Shown: piece by piece, positions 50,901 through 64,000 of the stretch
How the letters are laid out: every line of letters starts with the position of its first letter
Position numbering within the stretch: the first letter of the stretch is position 1
Origin: Bugula neritina
Taxonomy: Eukaryota; Animalia; Bryozoa
Reading direction: 5' to 3'
Assembly (NCBI GenBank): GCA_964035545.1
Contig: OZ037767.1
Coordinates: 9,372,581 to 9,436,580, forward strand
Length of the DNA stretch: 64,000 nucleotides
Program-made: the position numbers and the translations under genes
The notes under the pieces: model-generated
Told to the model about the DNA's origin: nothing
The model's database searches: none
The model's input: only the letters and a program-made list of their open reading frames with translations

Positions 50901-53900
50901 TCGCAAATTGAGATTTCAGGACCCATAACTTAGTGAGATATGGAGGGAGCACTGTACTCGTAATCATATTTCTGCGACGCCTTCACCATAGTAGGCTGGC
51001 GGAATCAATTTACTGAACAGCAAAGCAGATCCACAAAACAATGAAAATACCAGCACCTCCTCTGTAGCCCCCGTTACTCACCATTCCTACCGGGTTTTGA
51101 CTGGATCAACAGCTTGTCCAGCTTTGCCCTCTGCACCTCGGCGTTTACTGAAACTTGTGACTGGATTTCCCGTAGGAAGAGTTTTTGCTGAGACTGATAG
51201 TCCTTTACAGCCTGTTTAACATCAAAATACAGGTTGAGAGAAAGAGGGGAAAACTCTCACTAGTCAGATATAAACTTCGAGCCATTAAACACTTACCATG
51301 GGTTTAATACTGTAAACATTGTGCAACAATTTGACTAGCATGAACCTTAAATGAGTCATGCTTTTGACAAGTAGCAGATTTATGAATTTCTAACAAGCAA
51401 AGGTTGGGAGGCAAAACTAACTCTAAAAGTACCCCAAACCCAAAGGGAACAGGGAAATCATCACAACAAATCTTAACCCATTAACCTGCATTTTTACACT
51501 AGGCTTGCAACTACTAAAAACACTCTTCTATTAAGTGGAGTCTAGAAAACCCTACAAATAAAAGTGAAGGTGCTATTATAGTGACATGTGAATACAGGTG
51601 TAATATACCTGCTCCTTCTTGACTGATTGGTCAATGTCTAGACGAGTTATAGTTTGGTGAACCTTCAGACACATGGAGAGGGCCAAGAGACCAGCCGTCT
51701 TAATATCATTCTCACGTAAATCTAGCTGTGATATAGTATAGCTGTCCGCGATATACTCAGCTAGTGCGACAGCACCTGTAAACACATATCAGCATGCACT
51801 TGACACTTGTGAGCAAGTACTAGAACAGCTACTACAGGATATACTGTAATAGTGAATAGAGTAGACGCTGATATTACATAATGACAGTCACACAAACCTT
51901 CATCTGATAGTCTAGTCGCCCTTAGAGACAAACGGCAGAGGGACTTGTTTTTGAGCAAACCTTCTTTCAGCACGAAGAAACCTTCATTTGATATTGGATT
52001 GCAGCTTATGTCGAGAGTATTTAGTGACTTGGTTTGCACCTGCAGCAAGAGTGACTTCATTCAGTGACAACACAGGTAATGCTTAACACAAGTAGTACTT
52101 AACACAAGTAATACTTAACACAGGGTGTAATTAACACAGGTAATCCTTAACACAAGTTTAACACAAGTAGTACTTAACACAGGTAAAACTTAACACAGGT
52201 AATACTTAACACAAGTAGTACTTAACACAAGTAGTACTTAACACAAGTGACATTGTTTTCTATCAAACAAATTCTACTCAGAACTTATCATGAGATTACA
52301 AGAGCTCTGCCCTGACATATCGGAAACTGCCAGTGTAAGAGATGGAGTGTATAGAAGGTGCCTTACCAATGCGGCAGCAATGCCACTAGTTATGGCAGCG
52401 TTGAAATGATTGTGAGCTATGTTCAGAGATTTAAGGCCAACTCCATGGGACTGTGCAGCTAGCCCGTCACATATTCTAGCAATACCAATATTCTGAAACA
52501 CACATACACCACAGTATTTTCTAGCAAATAATGTGGTGGAAAAAATCTATAAAATAACCAGATGTGTGCTACAAATGAAGAATAAAAATCTTCATCATAT
52601 GTAGCCTATACGGGTCATTTTATTTAATTTAGTACCCATTTGATATCTTTAGTTTTACATATATTTAGCTCATATGACAATGATTTTGTGCTTTAATGTT
52701 GCAGGAGCTTCTCTTGCTATACATAGAACTACCACATATAGTAGATTTTCTTGAATTTTGAGCAAACTCTAATTTTTGGTCGTAATTTGCTGATGTGTAC
52801 TAGATAAAGTAAAATGACCAATATAGATTATATGATATGTAGAGAGAGGGATGTGTAGAGAGAGAGATATGTAGAGAGAGATATGTAGAGAGAGAGATAT
52901 GTAGAGAGAGAGATATGTAGAGAGAGATATGTAGAAAGAGAGAGAGAGATATGTAGAGAGAGATATGTAGAGAGAGGGATGTGTAGAGAGAGAGATGTGT
53001 AGAGAGAGATATGTAGAGAGAGATATGTAGAGAGAGATATGTAGAGTGACAGATACGCTAAGTGAGGTCATACTTGCAGGTTGTTGTGTCTCACATCCAG
53101 CACGTGAAGGAAGGTGTTGTTGCGGAGTAGATTACCGATTTGAATTCCGTCAGCTGGCTGCAGGTTGTTTTCTCCAATGTGCAGCTCTTTTATGTTAGGA
53201 ATTGTTTTGAGAGCAGCAGCTGTAGACAAGCATACTTTTAGTAGACAAAAGAATCACTTTTGCAAGACAAAACTACTTGCAACTCACGGAGCAAAGTTTC
53301 AAGAAATAAATATTTTATGCTCTATTACTTCATAATTATTTTTTCAAAATGTGTAGTTTCTTGGATTGTCTAAATAACCGCAAAGCAGTTGTAACGCAGT
53401 AAATAGTATAGAATATCAACAAATAGAGATAGGGAAGACAACTTACACAGAATCATGATAGACCGAGAAGAGAGAGAGCACTCTTGCAGGTAGAGTACAT
53501 GTATGTATGTACCCATGCGCAAAGCTCTGCCTAAGGTTGCTACACACTGTTCATTTAGGGAACACCCCCTTAAATCTATGGATTCCAGGTGCTGAGTCTA
53601 AACACACAGGAGAAAACAAAATTATTAGAATTTCAGGCATCCAGCCACTAACATTCTATATCACAATAATATTACCCTATACAGAAACTACAATACACAT
53701 TTATTACAACAAAACTATACAACTACATAGTTTTGTGAGTATTATTCTTTTACAGATTAATTACACTTTTGAAATTAGAATTCTTTAACACCCTTTAAAG
53801 CAGTGTGACACACTTGTGATAAATAATATACAGTAGGTCGCCAGGTGTGGTACTCAGTTGATTACTACATAACATGCAGTGCTCTTTCTGTATATCACTA

Positions 53901-56900
53901 AGCTAGGGGTGCTGAAACCTCAACCCGCAACATAGTAGAATATCATATTTAACTCATGGATCCTTTAAACTCGGCCATTATGTACCTATACACACATACA
54001 TAAGCCACAAAACAGGGCCCAAGCCCGCCTCGTGACCTATGGAATTGTGTGAGAGCTAGATCCGTGAGATATGGAGGGAGCATTGTAGTATACTCATTTT
54101 GATTGAGGTATCCAAACCAATCTCTCTCATATAATAAAATGAGTAAAAACTGTGGAATAGGTTTCAATAGCTATACTAATAAACAGTAATAAGTTTCAAT
54201 TAATTTACATTCTTAAGAACATTCTTCAATACCTACTCAAGCCTATTTCGATTGGCTGAGCAGTTTAGAAATTATATATTCACAGGAATCCAAGTTTTGA
54301 AATTTGTCTGTCTGTTTTTGTAACAGCCCAGTTTTCTATGGAAATGTTGCAATGTGGGCAGACCTATGGAGTTGTCTGCCCACCCATTACTGACCTTGCG
54401 GATCATACGGGCAGCGGCTGCCCAAGCTCTTAGCCCGAGGTTCTTATTATAGGCTAACTTCAGATGAATCACTGACTCATAATACTCCACCATTTCAAAC
54501 AAGGCAATGGCTGACTGCAAATAATCAATAAATGTCCACTTGCAGCACATCACAATATGATGGACAAGTAGCTTGCGTTTATAGATGCAAGTTCCATTTA
54601 GGAGCAGCAGTAGAGAAAAAGAGATAGCCTGAGTGCTTTAACTTTATTATTAAATTTTGGTTTGGAGCACGGGTCGAAATTCTTGTGAGAACACAACTTC
54701 TTTTGCTTTATTTCTAATCTAGAACACAGGCTTTTCTCAATTTCTCCATTACTGCACCTACCTCATAATGATATAACAGAAAATAAGAAGCAGCACAGAA
54801 ATGATAATTACACGCAAACAATGCACACTATCTGTAAGAGCACACATGTATTACATGCTATTCAACACTTGTCACATAGCAGCTGCACCCACAGCACAGA
54901 TTGTCTTATATGATAACCACTTGAACACATCCTGAAGTGCTAATTATCAGGTGTGGGTCATGACTGTTCACATTCTAACTAAACTGAATGTCATACATAG
55001 CAGAGAAGCTAAAATCTCTCAGCTGATTAGAATATAAAATAATATAAGACAATATAATAAGATAATATAATAAGATAATATAATAAAAAGTTGCCATGGA
55101 GTCTTTTTAAAACACTGATGTACAACTTTAAAACCGTTATTTCAAAATGTTGGCTAGCTATTCACTAGGAATGTAGATCTTGTATATAATAGATAATACT
55201 AATTAATAACTCAGCCTGAACTATCCTTCAGGATTAATGGCCTGTGCTTCCTGGTTGAAGGTAACTTATTGATTACATTAAAGTATTAGAGATGAAAGGA
55301 ATGTTCATATTGGATGAGTTACAACTCAATAACAGCGTGCAATACACAAAAGCATACTCCAATGAATGTAAAATGGGGAAGGGCTGCCTTGGTTGAGATT
55401 TAGTTCACATTTTTGACACTTGATTGGTTGAGATAAGTTAGCTCCTCTTCAGCCATAGAGGTGACAACTCCATGAACATAAACTAAGATGCAAGTCAACA
55501 TCTGGGTTGTATTACAGCACAGGGTGGTGTAGTGTGTATGACAGTTAACCGTAGCACATACCTCATCGTCCAGGTGGGTATTGCTCATATCCACATTGAC
55601 AAACTGAACTCTTCTAAATATTTCTTCCAAACTCTCTATATGCTTGTTGTTACCAATATTTTCTCCTAAAAGTAAGTGTATAGCAATATATGCACCATGT
55701 GAGTATGCGATTGGTCAATGTTAGGATCTCCTCCATGCTGAAGATTCTCGGAGTCAGGTGTATTCAGGTATAGTAAGGTGTACTCAGGTATAGTAATGTA
55801 TACCCAGGTGTAGTCAGGTGTAGGCAGGTATAGGCAGGTATGAAGCTAGTCTCCATGACGTAATGAAAACCAATACACTATTTTATTTCTGCAGGGGATT
55901 TGCGACGCTAACAACTTCAACAAGTCAGGTGATTACAGGAATCAAGATTTATATACTTATCAGCAACAATATTCAACTTATGAGAAACATAGTTTCAGGA
56001 TATGTGAATAAAAAGATAAAAATAGAATGGGAAACTTTTCTCATTTCTGCTAAAACCACCTTCAGGCTGAGTTTATAAAGAAGCTTGTAAATGATACTTT
56101 TTTAAAAGAAAGTTTAAATTTTTATAGAAGAATGGCAAAATTATTACTTTTCAAAACAGAACACTGCTCCTCTCTATTTACTACGAGAAGAGCCCCCATT
56201 GAACTTATGTGTATAACAATTCCTACCAGCATAACTACGAGGGGGCCTACCTTTCAATGTTAACAAGTTCACTCTCTCTGTGAAGTCTTGTATCATCTAC
56301 AGAACACAAAGTACACAGTTGACTGTTGAGTATCAATATAATAAACACCATACTGAATAACATTAACTTTTACTTTGTAAAGGGAGCAGAATAATTCAGT
56401 AATCGAATGAAAAATTTGGAAACTTCACAGTCTGTGATATGCAAGCCCATATTAGTAGGGTACAGGTGCACCAAGTAGACACTTTATTCAAAGCAAATGT
56501 TCTAAGTGTTAGCTTGAGGGCAGACTGAGTGAGGATTCTAGACAGTATACTGTATTGACTATGATGCAACCTCCACATGCAGACAAAACACAAAACAAAA
56601 ATAACGTTGTACTACACAGACAGCTCAGAACAGAGACGGCTGTACATTACATGTTTCCCTGATTGTAGGTTTATTATCTATTAACAATGCTACCATGCAG
56701 ATAAGGCCGAATTCACAAATAACGTGGATAATGTGTGATAAGATATGAGCAGAATATAGTCCAGCTAGTACCAATGCAGTTGTCTAGCAGCCCTTAGCTT
56801 GTACTTAGTATCACTTTGAATTTATTTATTGCTTTTTTAAAAAAAATTATGTATTTGAAAAAGAGACACAAACTTTAATAAAAATAATTAAAAACCATTA

Positions 56901-58135
56901 CGTTGATGCATTATTTGTAATTGTGAGAGGAGAAGGAAGAGGTGTGATTAAGATAAATGTGTTTGTAGGCTATACTATGAAGCCAGCCCAACTAAATTTT
57001 GCTTCAGTTCCATGTTACTGTATTTCATGGCATACATTTGTATTACATCACATACATTTATACTACACTCCTTACAGTTGTACTACACTACTTACATTTG
57101 TACTACACTGTTTACATTTGTATTACAATTGCATTATATTGCATACATTTAAGATTTACAATTGCATTATATTGCATACATTTGTATTACACTGCATATA
57201 CAGCTGTATTACACTGCACACAGTTGTATTACATAACTTACATTTAGTTGGCTAACCAACTTTGATAATGGGCGGACAGAGTGGACTGCACATGAGTTGA
57301 CGTAGGATGACACCAAGTTATCCGTTGTACAGTGACTAACTGAAAAAATAACCAGGAAATATATGAATACAACGCAACTGTACAATTTAGAATACTTGTA
57401 CTTAGATTAATTTCGGTGATTGAGAAAATAAGCATAGAAACAACAGGAGTGAATGAATACAAGAGGAATTCAGCTAACCGAAAAATTGTGTGTGTGTGTA
57501 TATAGGTGCAGCCAACACAATTAATATTTGTAGACTACAAATTTATCTATTACAACCCAATCTATCAGGCACAAAAACTAAGACAAACTTAAATATTCTT
57601 GGACTGACAAATGTAAACACAATTTCACACAGTTTCAATGAGTTGAAACAACTTGAGAATTAAACCTACCATTATACCAAGGATTTGGAGCGTGAGCAAA
57701 ACCTTTGATTAGTGCCTCTCCTTCGGGAAAAGATACTTTTTTCCTGGTCTCCGATTCATGAAAGAAAACTTCTCTGCCTTGGAAAGCAGAAACTTCGCCC
57801 TCACCGAGTGCAGGTGGTGCTGATGGAGGAGGTACAGAGTCCAAACAGTCCGGCTCGTTGTTGTGATAGTCATGATTTAACTTCACCGACTGAGGAGGAA
57901 AAGCTGGCTGTACCGTAAATCGTGATGACAATACCGTAGCTGTGGACATAGGAGCAGCTGCAGTTGAGGTTACTACTGAGAATGTCTCTGTAGACTGTGA
58001 ACTACAGCCATCCCCAGCCTCAGGTTCGTCTGAGCATATGGTGTCAGTTGATGAGTCATTGGTAAAAGATGAGTCAGCCAGTGTTACAGTGAGCTGGTCA
58101 TCAGAGATGGTCATAGATATCTCGTCAGTAGACAT
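47994..58135 (-). CDS. PPP1R37: Protein phosphatase 1 regulatory subunit 37 (LRRC68)-like: RVxF motif, RI-like LRRs, long acidic repetitive C-terminus; 12 coding exons, ~1455 aa
   Basis: Exons (minus): 57670-58135, 57242-57339, 56251-56296, 55562-55665, 54395-54514, 53447-53597, 53074-53219, 52367-52492, 51898-52039, 51609-51775, 51082-51211, 47994-50665; all GT-AG and phase-consistent. Motifs: RKKVSFPEGEALI...PNPW (PP1-docking RVxF), ESLEEIFRRVQF, ALFEMVEYYES, LSDEGAVALAEYIADS...LDLRENDIKTAGLLALS. Confidence 0.9.
48860..50340 (-). repeat. Coding hierarchical tandem repeat (21-nt, 144-nt and 432-nt periods) in the last PPP1R37 exon
   Basis: ATCTGCA recurs every ~21 nt; 48-aa units; identical off-frame ORFs at 49284 and 49716 are 432 nt apart. 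Confidence 0.95.
50748..50954. mobile_element. Tc1/mariner-type MITE, copy 2 of 3 (last PPP1R37 intron)
   Basis: CAGTGCTCCCACTTTATCTCACGG ... CTTAGTGAGATATGGAGGGAGCACTG|TA; shares internal TTTTGTGGCTTA and GAGTTAAATCT...ATTCTACTATGTC with copy 1. Confidence 0.8.
52068..52248. repeat. ~16-bp minisatellite (ACTTAACACAAGTAGT)
   Basis: About 11 variable units in a PPP1R37 intron. Confidence 0.85.
52834..53046. repeat. (GA)nTATGTA compound repeat
   Basis: Seen directly. Confidence 0.9.
53877..54085. mobile_element. Tc1/mariner-type MITE, copy 3 of 3 (opposite orientation)
   Basis: CAGTGCTC...TATCACTAAG ... CCGTGAGATATGGAGGGAGCATTG|TA; internal TAAGCCACAAAA and ACATAGTAGAAT are reverse complements of the copy 1/2 motifs. 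Confidence 0.75.
55752..55842. repeat. 10-bp tandem repeat (CAGGTATAGT-like)
   Basis: About 9 degenerate units. Confidence 0.75.
57015..57238. repeat. Degenerate ~21-bp repeat (TACATTTGTATTACAC...)
   Basis: Tandem low-complexity units next to the PPP1R37 exon 2 donor. Confidence 0.7.
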
Positions 58136-61100
58136 TGTCTATGACATCAACAACAGGTGTGTCTGTTGGTAAACACTATTGAGTCTTCATACCAACAACC
58201 TATGACGAACCATATTATTAGTTAGGCTGGCAAATTTATAAACCTACAAATAACTTCAATCACAAAAAGTTTTACCGTAATTATCAGTGCAAAATATCTT
58301 GGTATTCATAAACTCACAAACGTCATTCTATAAAAAAAAATCAAGTTTCTACACCTGATTTTGTTTTCTGTTTACTTAAAACTTTACTAGAATTAAAATT
58401 TGATTTACTCTCAATTAGTTGATTGTGTTCAAAGCTATTCTAGATTAAAATACAGATTGATTTCTTCTTTATTGATATCAAATAAATACTAAATCAGGTC
58501 TATTATTGATCTTTGAACTGCAATTAACTTTTTTCATGACGAGACAAATGAACATTTAGACTTTATAGCAAGAATGTTATGTTAAATCATCAAATTGCAA
58601 ATAAAAATATTGACAACTAGTAGGTTGTTATAGCAACTACTTTGCTATTTAGTACCATTTCTGCCTTCCCCCCAGCAAAACAATGCACATAAACCTGTTT
58701 TTGAACATGAAGCAAAGAAAGAAGATGTTCTAGATTAACACCCTGCTCGACATGATTGACTAGTAATATCTACAAGAAACTTATTTACTGAAGTTTTCCA
58801 TGTCAGTCACTTTGTAGTATTTAAACTATTTCATATTGAAATAATATTGTCTATGTCAAAAAGAGAAATTATACACAATAATTACAGTCAATAAACCGAA
58901 AGTTTGAAATTTTTAGAAATATATTGATAATTGAGCTGCTATGATCTTGTCTAAAGACATTGTACAGTTTAATTCTAAAAGCCAAATGTATTGGTATTGC
59001 ATAAATCATAATGTGTACAAAATGATCAATAAATTACAAATCAAAAGACCTAATGACATTTCAGTTATACTAATATACATATTAAAATTACTATTATAGT
59101 TATACTGAGTAAAACATGACGTAACAGTTGTAACAGATAATAAATAAAAAGCAACTTATTGATTCTTAACTTCTACTTGTATGCATTTATTCACTACTGC
59201 TCCTGTCTAGAATTGCCATCAATTCCTATATAAACTAAATAGCAAAATAATCATATCTTATTCATCAGTTAGCTGTTGTGGCTCCAGTATTACAAAAAAA
59301 TGTTATGCTAGATTGCAAATAAAAATATTAACTATTAGTAGGTTGTTATGACTAAAAATATTTTGCTATTACATTTAGTATCATTTCGGCTTCAACAAAC
59401 CAACATATAAACACCTACTTATGAATGAGAAGTTTTAAAATTTAGTTATTACATATTACTATAATGCTGCCTGTACATAATGTAGTGAGATATCTTCTAT
59501 GATTGTATGTTACTAACTGCAAATATTACAGGAGGATGTTAAGAGGCGTAGCAAAGAAGCAAATTGTAATAAAATAGTGAATTAAGCAACCATGAAAGCT
59601 GCTTCTCATATCAATTATGGCAATCACTGTTTACAATACATCTGTAATTTTTATAAAATTAAATTTAGTTGTTTCCGTCTTTTCTTACAAATATTTATAC
59701 TTCCAAATTATTTTATTGAGGGAGGGCTAAAATTTTGGTTGAAAACGAATACTAAAATTTTATTAACTCAAAGCTTAGCCAAGACTATCAGGTAGCCCAT
59801 GTACATATAGTTTACAATGTTGCCTAGGGGACTATGAAGTATATGGTAAAGTCAACAACGTGATTTAAAACAATTTCCTGCAGTGAAGTTACAACTTTTT
59901 TCTGTTAGTCACCTGTATTCCTCGTATAAAATATTGTTGCTTATTGCTTAACTCATAAAAATTACTTAAAATGTTTAAATATTGAACAAAATGTATTATT
60001 GAGCTTGTGTCATTGATATATTATAGATCAACAACTTGAGAACATGCTATGCTGCTAGTTTTTTGTTACAGGTAGCATACAGATATGATAATGATACACC
60101 AGTATATATTGACTATTGAACTACCAAATTTGTTCAATTACGAGTATCATTGGCATCTATACATTTTAAAGTAATTTTAAATGCTAGCCAAAATTTGAAA
60201 CTTTAAAAACAAACAATAAGGTTTAAGGTTTGACTTGCCCAAATATTTGTAATTAGTAGACAAAAATATTATGTAAACTTAATTTCTATCAGTTTGACTG
60301 TAGTCAATCGATGTAAAGTACCCCGAGTCAAGCATTGGAGGCATGTGGGCAGTTTCAGCAGTAGGAAAACTAAAGAATGATAGAATGAAAGAGCGGATAG
60401 ATTGAAATAAAATATTTTTTGAAGAGTACTTTCAAAAGTTAGGAAAATGGAGATTAGATATTGGAACAACTTAAAATGATTGAAAAATAACACTGAAAGA
60501 TTGTTGTTAGCTTTTCAGGATCAGATATTTTCAATTAAAAACTATAACTACAAGATAACCATAATAAATTAACAAAGTAGCAAGAAATGTCAGGAGTGTG
60601 CACAGAAAGAAACTGTGATGTACGTACATAACCTAAGAATAAGAAGTTAGTAGAAAGAAAATAAAAAAAAACATGACGCTACGGCTTTAATAATTCACTG
60701 GGAGTTATATAAAAGGCAGAATTACAAAAAATCAATAACTGGTCTGATGTGACTGCTGAGCTAATTTACTATCAACTATAACTATAATTATTTAAGATGA
60801 AGATATTCAATTTCATATTAATATTCTGACTCATATTCCTATTGAAATTGTTACAATAATAATAAATACATAACAATATTTATAATATTAATACATAATA
60901 ATAATATGATAATCATAATGCTGATTAGGTGATTACATTTACTCATTTACTGATTTAGTTTTACAGTAAGTTTAACTTAATATTGAAATTTAATAGGCAA
61001 TAACAATAAATTGAAGTGTAACTCAATGAGTTAATGTGAAAAATAATTTGAAACTCAAATTTGAAACTTAAAGTTGAACTTTAGATTAGTGTGATTGAGA

Positions 61101-61315
61101 CTTAGAGTCAGTGAAAATGAGACTCCCACTGACTCTCACTCTGAGAGTGCGTCTGACTGTGAAATGTGAATGTTATTGTTAATGCTTTTCGGCCTTTAAA
61201 ATACAAAACTAACTTTGTATATGCATAAAATATGGTGAGCCCATAATAATAATCCCCAAGTTTAGCACTACATGAAAGATAAAAATTGAAATAAATTGAA
61301 TCTCTCTAATTTTAC

Positions 61316-61430
61316 CCTGCGAAATTTTAGATTCGGACATTCATATTCATATTGATAGTCAATGTCATTTCATTTCCCTTTGAACAGCGAGTCAATTATT
61401 TTTCTGAGATTTTTCATGTAACACGCAAAG
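61316..61430 (-). promoter_or_regulatory. Candidate non-coding first exon/promoter of PPP1R37
   Basis: CpG-containing patch ending in a minus-strand donor GCAGG|GTAAAA at 61316/61315. Acceptor-like AGs lie just upstream of the ATG at 58135, which has an in-frame TAG two codons upstream. Confidence 0.35.
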
Positions 61431-62013
61431 GGTTAAAGTTCAATAGTTAATAAAATATAGTTAATAAATCACGCTGGTATCGCAATAATGTTAGAAGGTG
61501 GAGATGAATCTTATAATATGATTATAGAATAATAATATTATATAGATGAGCATTGCAGCCGACCATTAATCATTACTGTGCTGCAAAAGCCGACTCATGT
61601 AATGTAAAATAATGCAATGTAATGCAACATATCGAGTGCTTACGCCTTACACTATTATGTAACTATTTACACTTGCTTGCAGTATTAGGCAATTATTCAT
61701 ACTTATTTGTATAGTTTATCACCATTTAGTCCAGCCACTGGACGAATTTTGTTTTTGTGCGCAGAGTGCTTTATGAGAAAAGGGTCAGTAAAAATAAATA
61801 GGTCTGCAAATTTTGTGATGCTACTGTAAATAGTTCATAAGTCATACCTTATAGGTTTAAAACAGATTTGTAAAAATGCCATTTTCCTGCATCTTCGCTT
61901 TATACAAATAAATGGGAAAATGAGTTTCATGCATTAAGATATTGTAGCCACTGCATGTTGGATCTGCAGCTGCAGCTAATAAGTGATAGAATAATATGCT
62001 GTGCCCTTGCTAA

Positions 62014-62229
62014 AAAAAATCACGCAAGTTTAAAGTCATTATCTCTGTGAGAAACTCCTGGTGGAAAGGGTTTTTGTTAAAGCTGGCTAAGGACTTATTT
62101 AAATGAGGCACAGGAGCAATTATGACTGGATGCTTTTCCTAACATCACCAATGGCCTTTGACCGGGCTCGAGCCCATAACCTGTGTTCACTAGGCATACG
62201 CTCTAACCCCTAGACCACGGCTGCTCCGT
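62014..62229 (-). mobile_element. tRNA-derived SINE with 14-bp target-site duplication
   Basis: The minus strand begins GGAGCAGCCGTGGTCTAGGGGTTAGAGC (A-box-like) ... GGGCTCGAGCCC (B-box-like), followed by a non-tRNA body ending in a T-run. TGTGCCCTTGCTAA is directly repeated at 62000-62013 and 62230-62243. Confidence 0.8.
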
Positions 62230-64000
62230 TGTGCCCTTGCTAAGTGGCAGGCATTTATTTATATATGTTTCTTTCTCATATCAACTTGACTGCATTTTTA
62301 TTTATTGTAGTTGCTTGTCATTTTTTTATGTTATTATGCAGATGTAGCCCAATTTTGCAAAAGCGCTAGGTGATAAGAAGTTGGAAGACATATAATTTGT
62401 ACTTAAACAACCCTCGTGCTATTATATTCTGAAAACATTCTTTTGGCTATCATCTTTTTGAAAACTTTTAAATGAAATAATTTATTTTAAATACAATTGC
62501 TGTAAAGTGTAAATAATATATATGCGGTAGCATTTTTCACTGATCTTGAGATTGCAGGCTATTTGTCTTCAGTTGGTCCATGTTAATGCTTTTAGAACTG
62601 GTTGGTACTATTCATTTTCAACTAAAGATGATAACTGTGGATAGTTACTTAAAAAGATATATATATTTTAGCATGAAAGTCTAATCTGTGTATGGGCCTT
62701 GTATGGATATAAAGAAATTTGTCGCTTTAATTATTCAATGTCCTGATTGTATGTGCAAGGGTTATGAGAGCATTGTTTTCAGTTTGTAAGTGTTGTTTGC
62801 ATGTTTGCATTCATTGGGTACATGCAGCAAGAGGGTTATTGTCTCCTTGTATTTAAAATACATCCAACTTCTGGTTAAAAGATTCATTCCAGTTGATTTC
62901 AAAAACAACTTGTTAGCTTATTTGGTGATGTAGCCCGACATTTCCGTCAGGTTTGGTTCAGGCAAATCTATGCATGTGTTGTTCTTGTCAAACAAATGAT
63001 TATACTTTGTGTATGTACTATGTATGTATGTTTTTTGCTTTCTTAGACTTATGGAACTTTAAAGTAGACTCTGCGAAGAATATGATCACTGGTTTTTATG
63101 TTGCTATCGGCTATGTGTTTTAAAATTTATGTGTACTTAAGATAACATCTTGAGAGTTGAATGCAAATCTTTGTGTTTTCTTGCCTTCATAGAAGGATGC
63201 TTCCTCATAATTCCCATTATTAACCATTGTACAGACTGTAAGAGACTCTTGCTAATTCAACCAATCAACATTGGTGAAATTTACAGTTCGAATAGAAAAG
63301 AACATTGATTATACAAAATAATCGTTCCTATTTTTTAGCCTACACAAAAATCAGGCATTGTGATATGCAACAGAAAACATTAAAAAGTAACACATTTGAT
63401 GAGAGCTGTTCAAATACACTTTGAAGAAGATTTTCTGACTAGAGGGGTCATTTTAGTGACTGTGTTTGCGTCCCAAGACAAGAGGGGACTAAAATTGCTG
63501 TCAAAATAACATCCCAATAACATAGACCAAAAACTTGACCAAAAAGTATTTAATTACGAATCGGTTTACACATTTGAAAAAGTATATCCAGCGAGGTTGA
63601 AAATGCCAGTTCAACATTAGTAATAGATAGTACATAGAACGTTATTCACTAATTAGAATCTATAAAGTAACATAAACTTGCTTCACACAACTATGATAAT
63701 ATGGAGTAAATAAATTCAAAGCCTGAGCTGCACCAACATTCTACAAAGTTCTTTCTAAAGCAGTAGCATGGAGAAATTCGTCTATGAGAAGACTGTTGAG
63801 TTGTCACCAATGGCTGATGACTAGAGCTAAATAGTAGGCAGAATGCAGCAGTGTATCAGTGGATGATAGAGAACTTTGCTGCTGACACGTGGCATACCTT
63901 GACGGTATACTACAGCTACCCAATACAGTGTACATCAGAAATCTCCCCATTGATGTCTATGGTTGCAAACCTATAAAAAAACAGAAAACACGAGCCTTAG

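Noticed and set aside
62150-62229. Possible tRNA gene
   Set aside because: No convincing acceptor stem or cloverleaf, a degenerate B box, and a continuing body with a TSD; better explained as a SINE.
62300-64000. Possible gene in the last 1.7 kb
   Set aside because: No phase-consistent exon chain or recognisable peptide found.

Overview
AT-rich, intron-containing animal (invertebrate-like) genomic DNA; no prokaryotic features, rRNA, true tRNA or CRISPR array seen. Four multi-exon genes were reconstructed by hand on the minus strand with phase-consistent splice sites: TADA3 (11 coding exons, 5256-18049, ~458 aa), TADA2B (9 exons, 20724-28620, ~488 aa), goosecoid (3 exons, 32945-36458, ~246 aa, K50 homeodomain) and a PPP1R37/LRRC68 orthologue (12 exons, 47994-58135, ~1455 aa) whose 2.7-kb last exon is a hierarchical acidic repeat. 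The 3' end of an unidentified plus-strand gene may lie at 1941-4979. Introns and spacers hold several TIR elements/MITEs, a tRNA-derived SINE with a 14-bp TSD, a LINE remnant, minisatellites and microsatellites. Main points of interest: TADA2B and TADA3, two non-homologous partners of the Gcn5 HAT module, lie head-to-tail 2.7 kb apart; mutually complementary trinucleotide tracts flank the in-frame 60-nt ZZ-finger exon of TADA2B; the goosecoid eh1 motif lacks its Phe; K50 sites cluster around gsc; and PPP1R37 has an expanded acidic tail. Homology calls come from recalled motifs, not from database searches.
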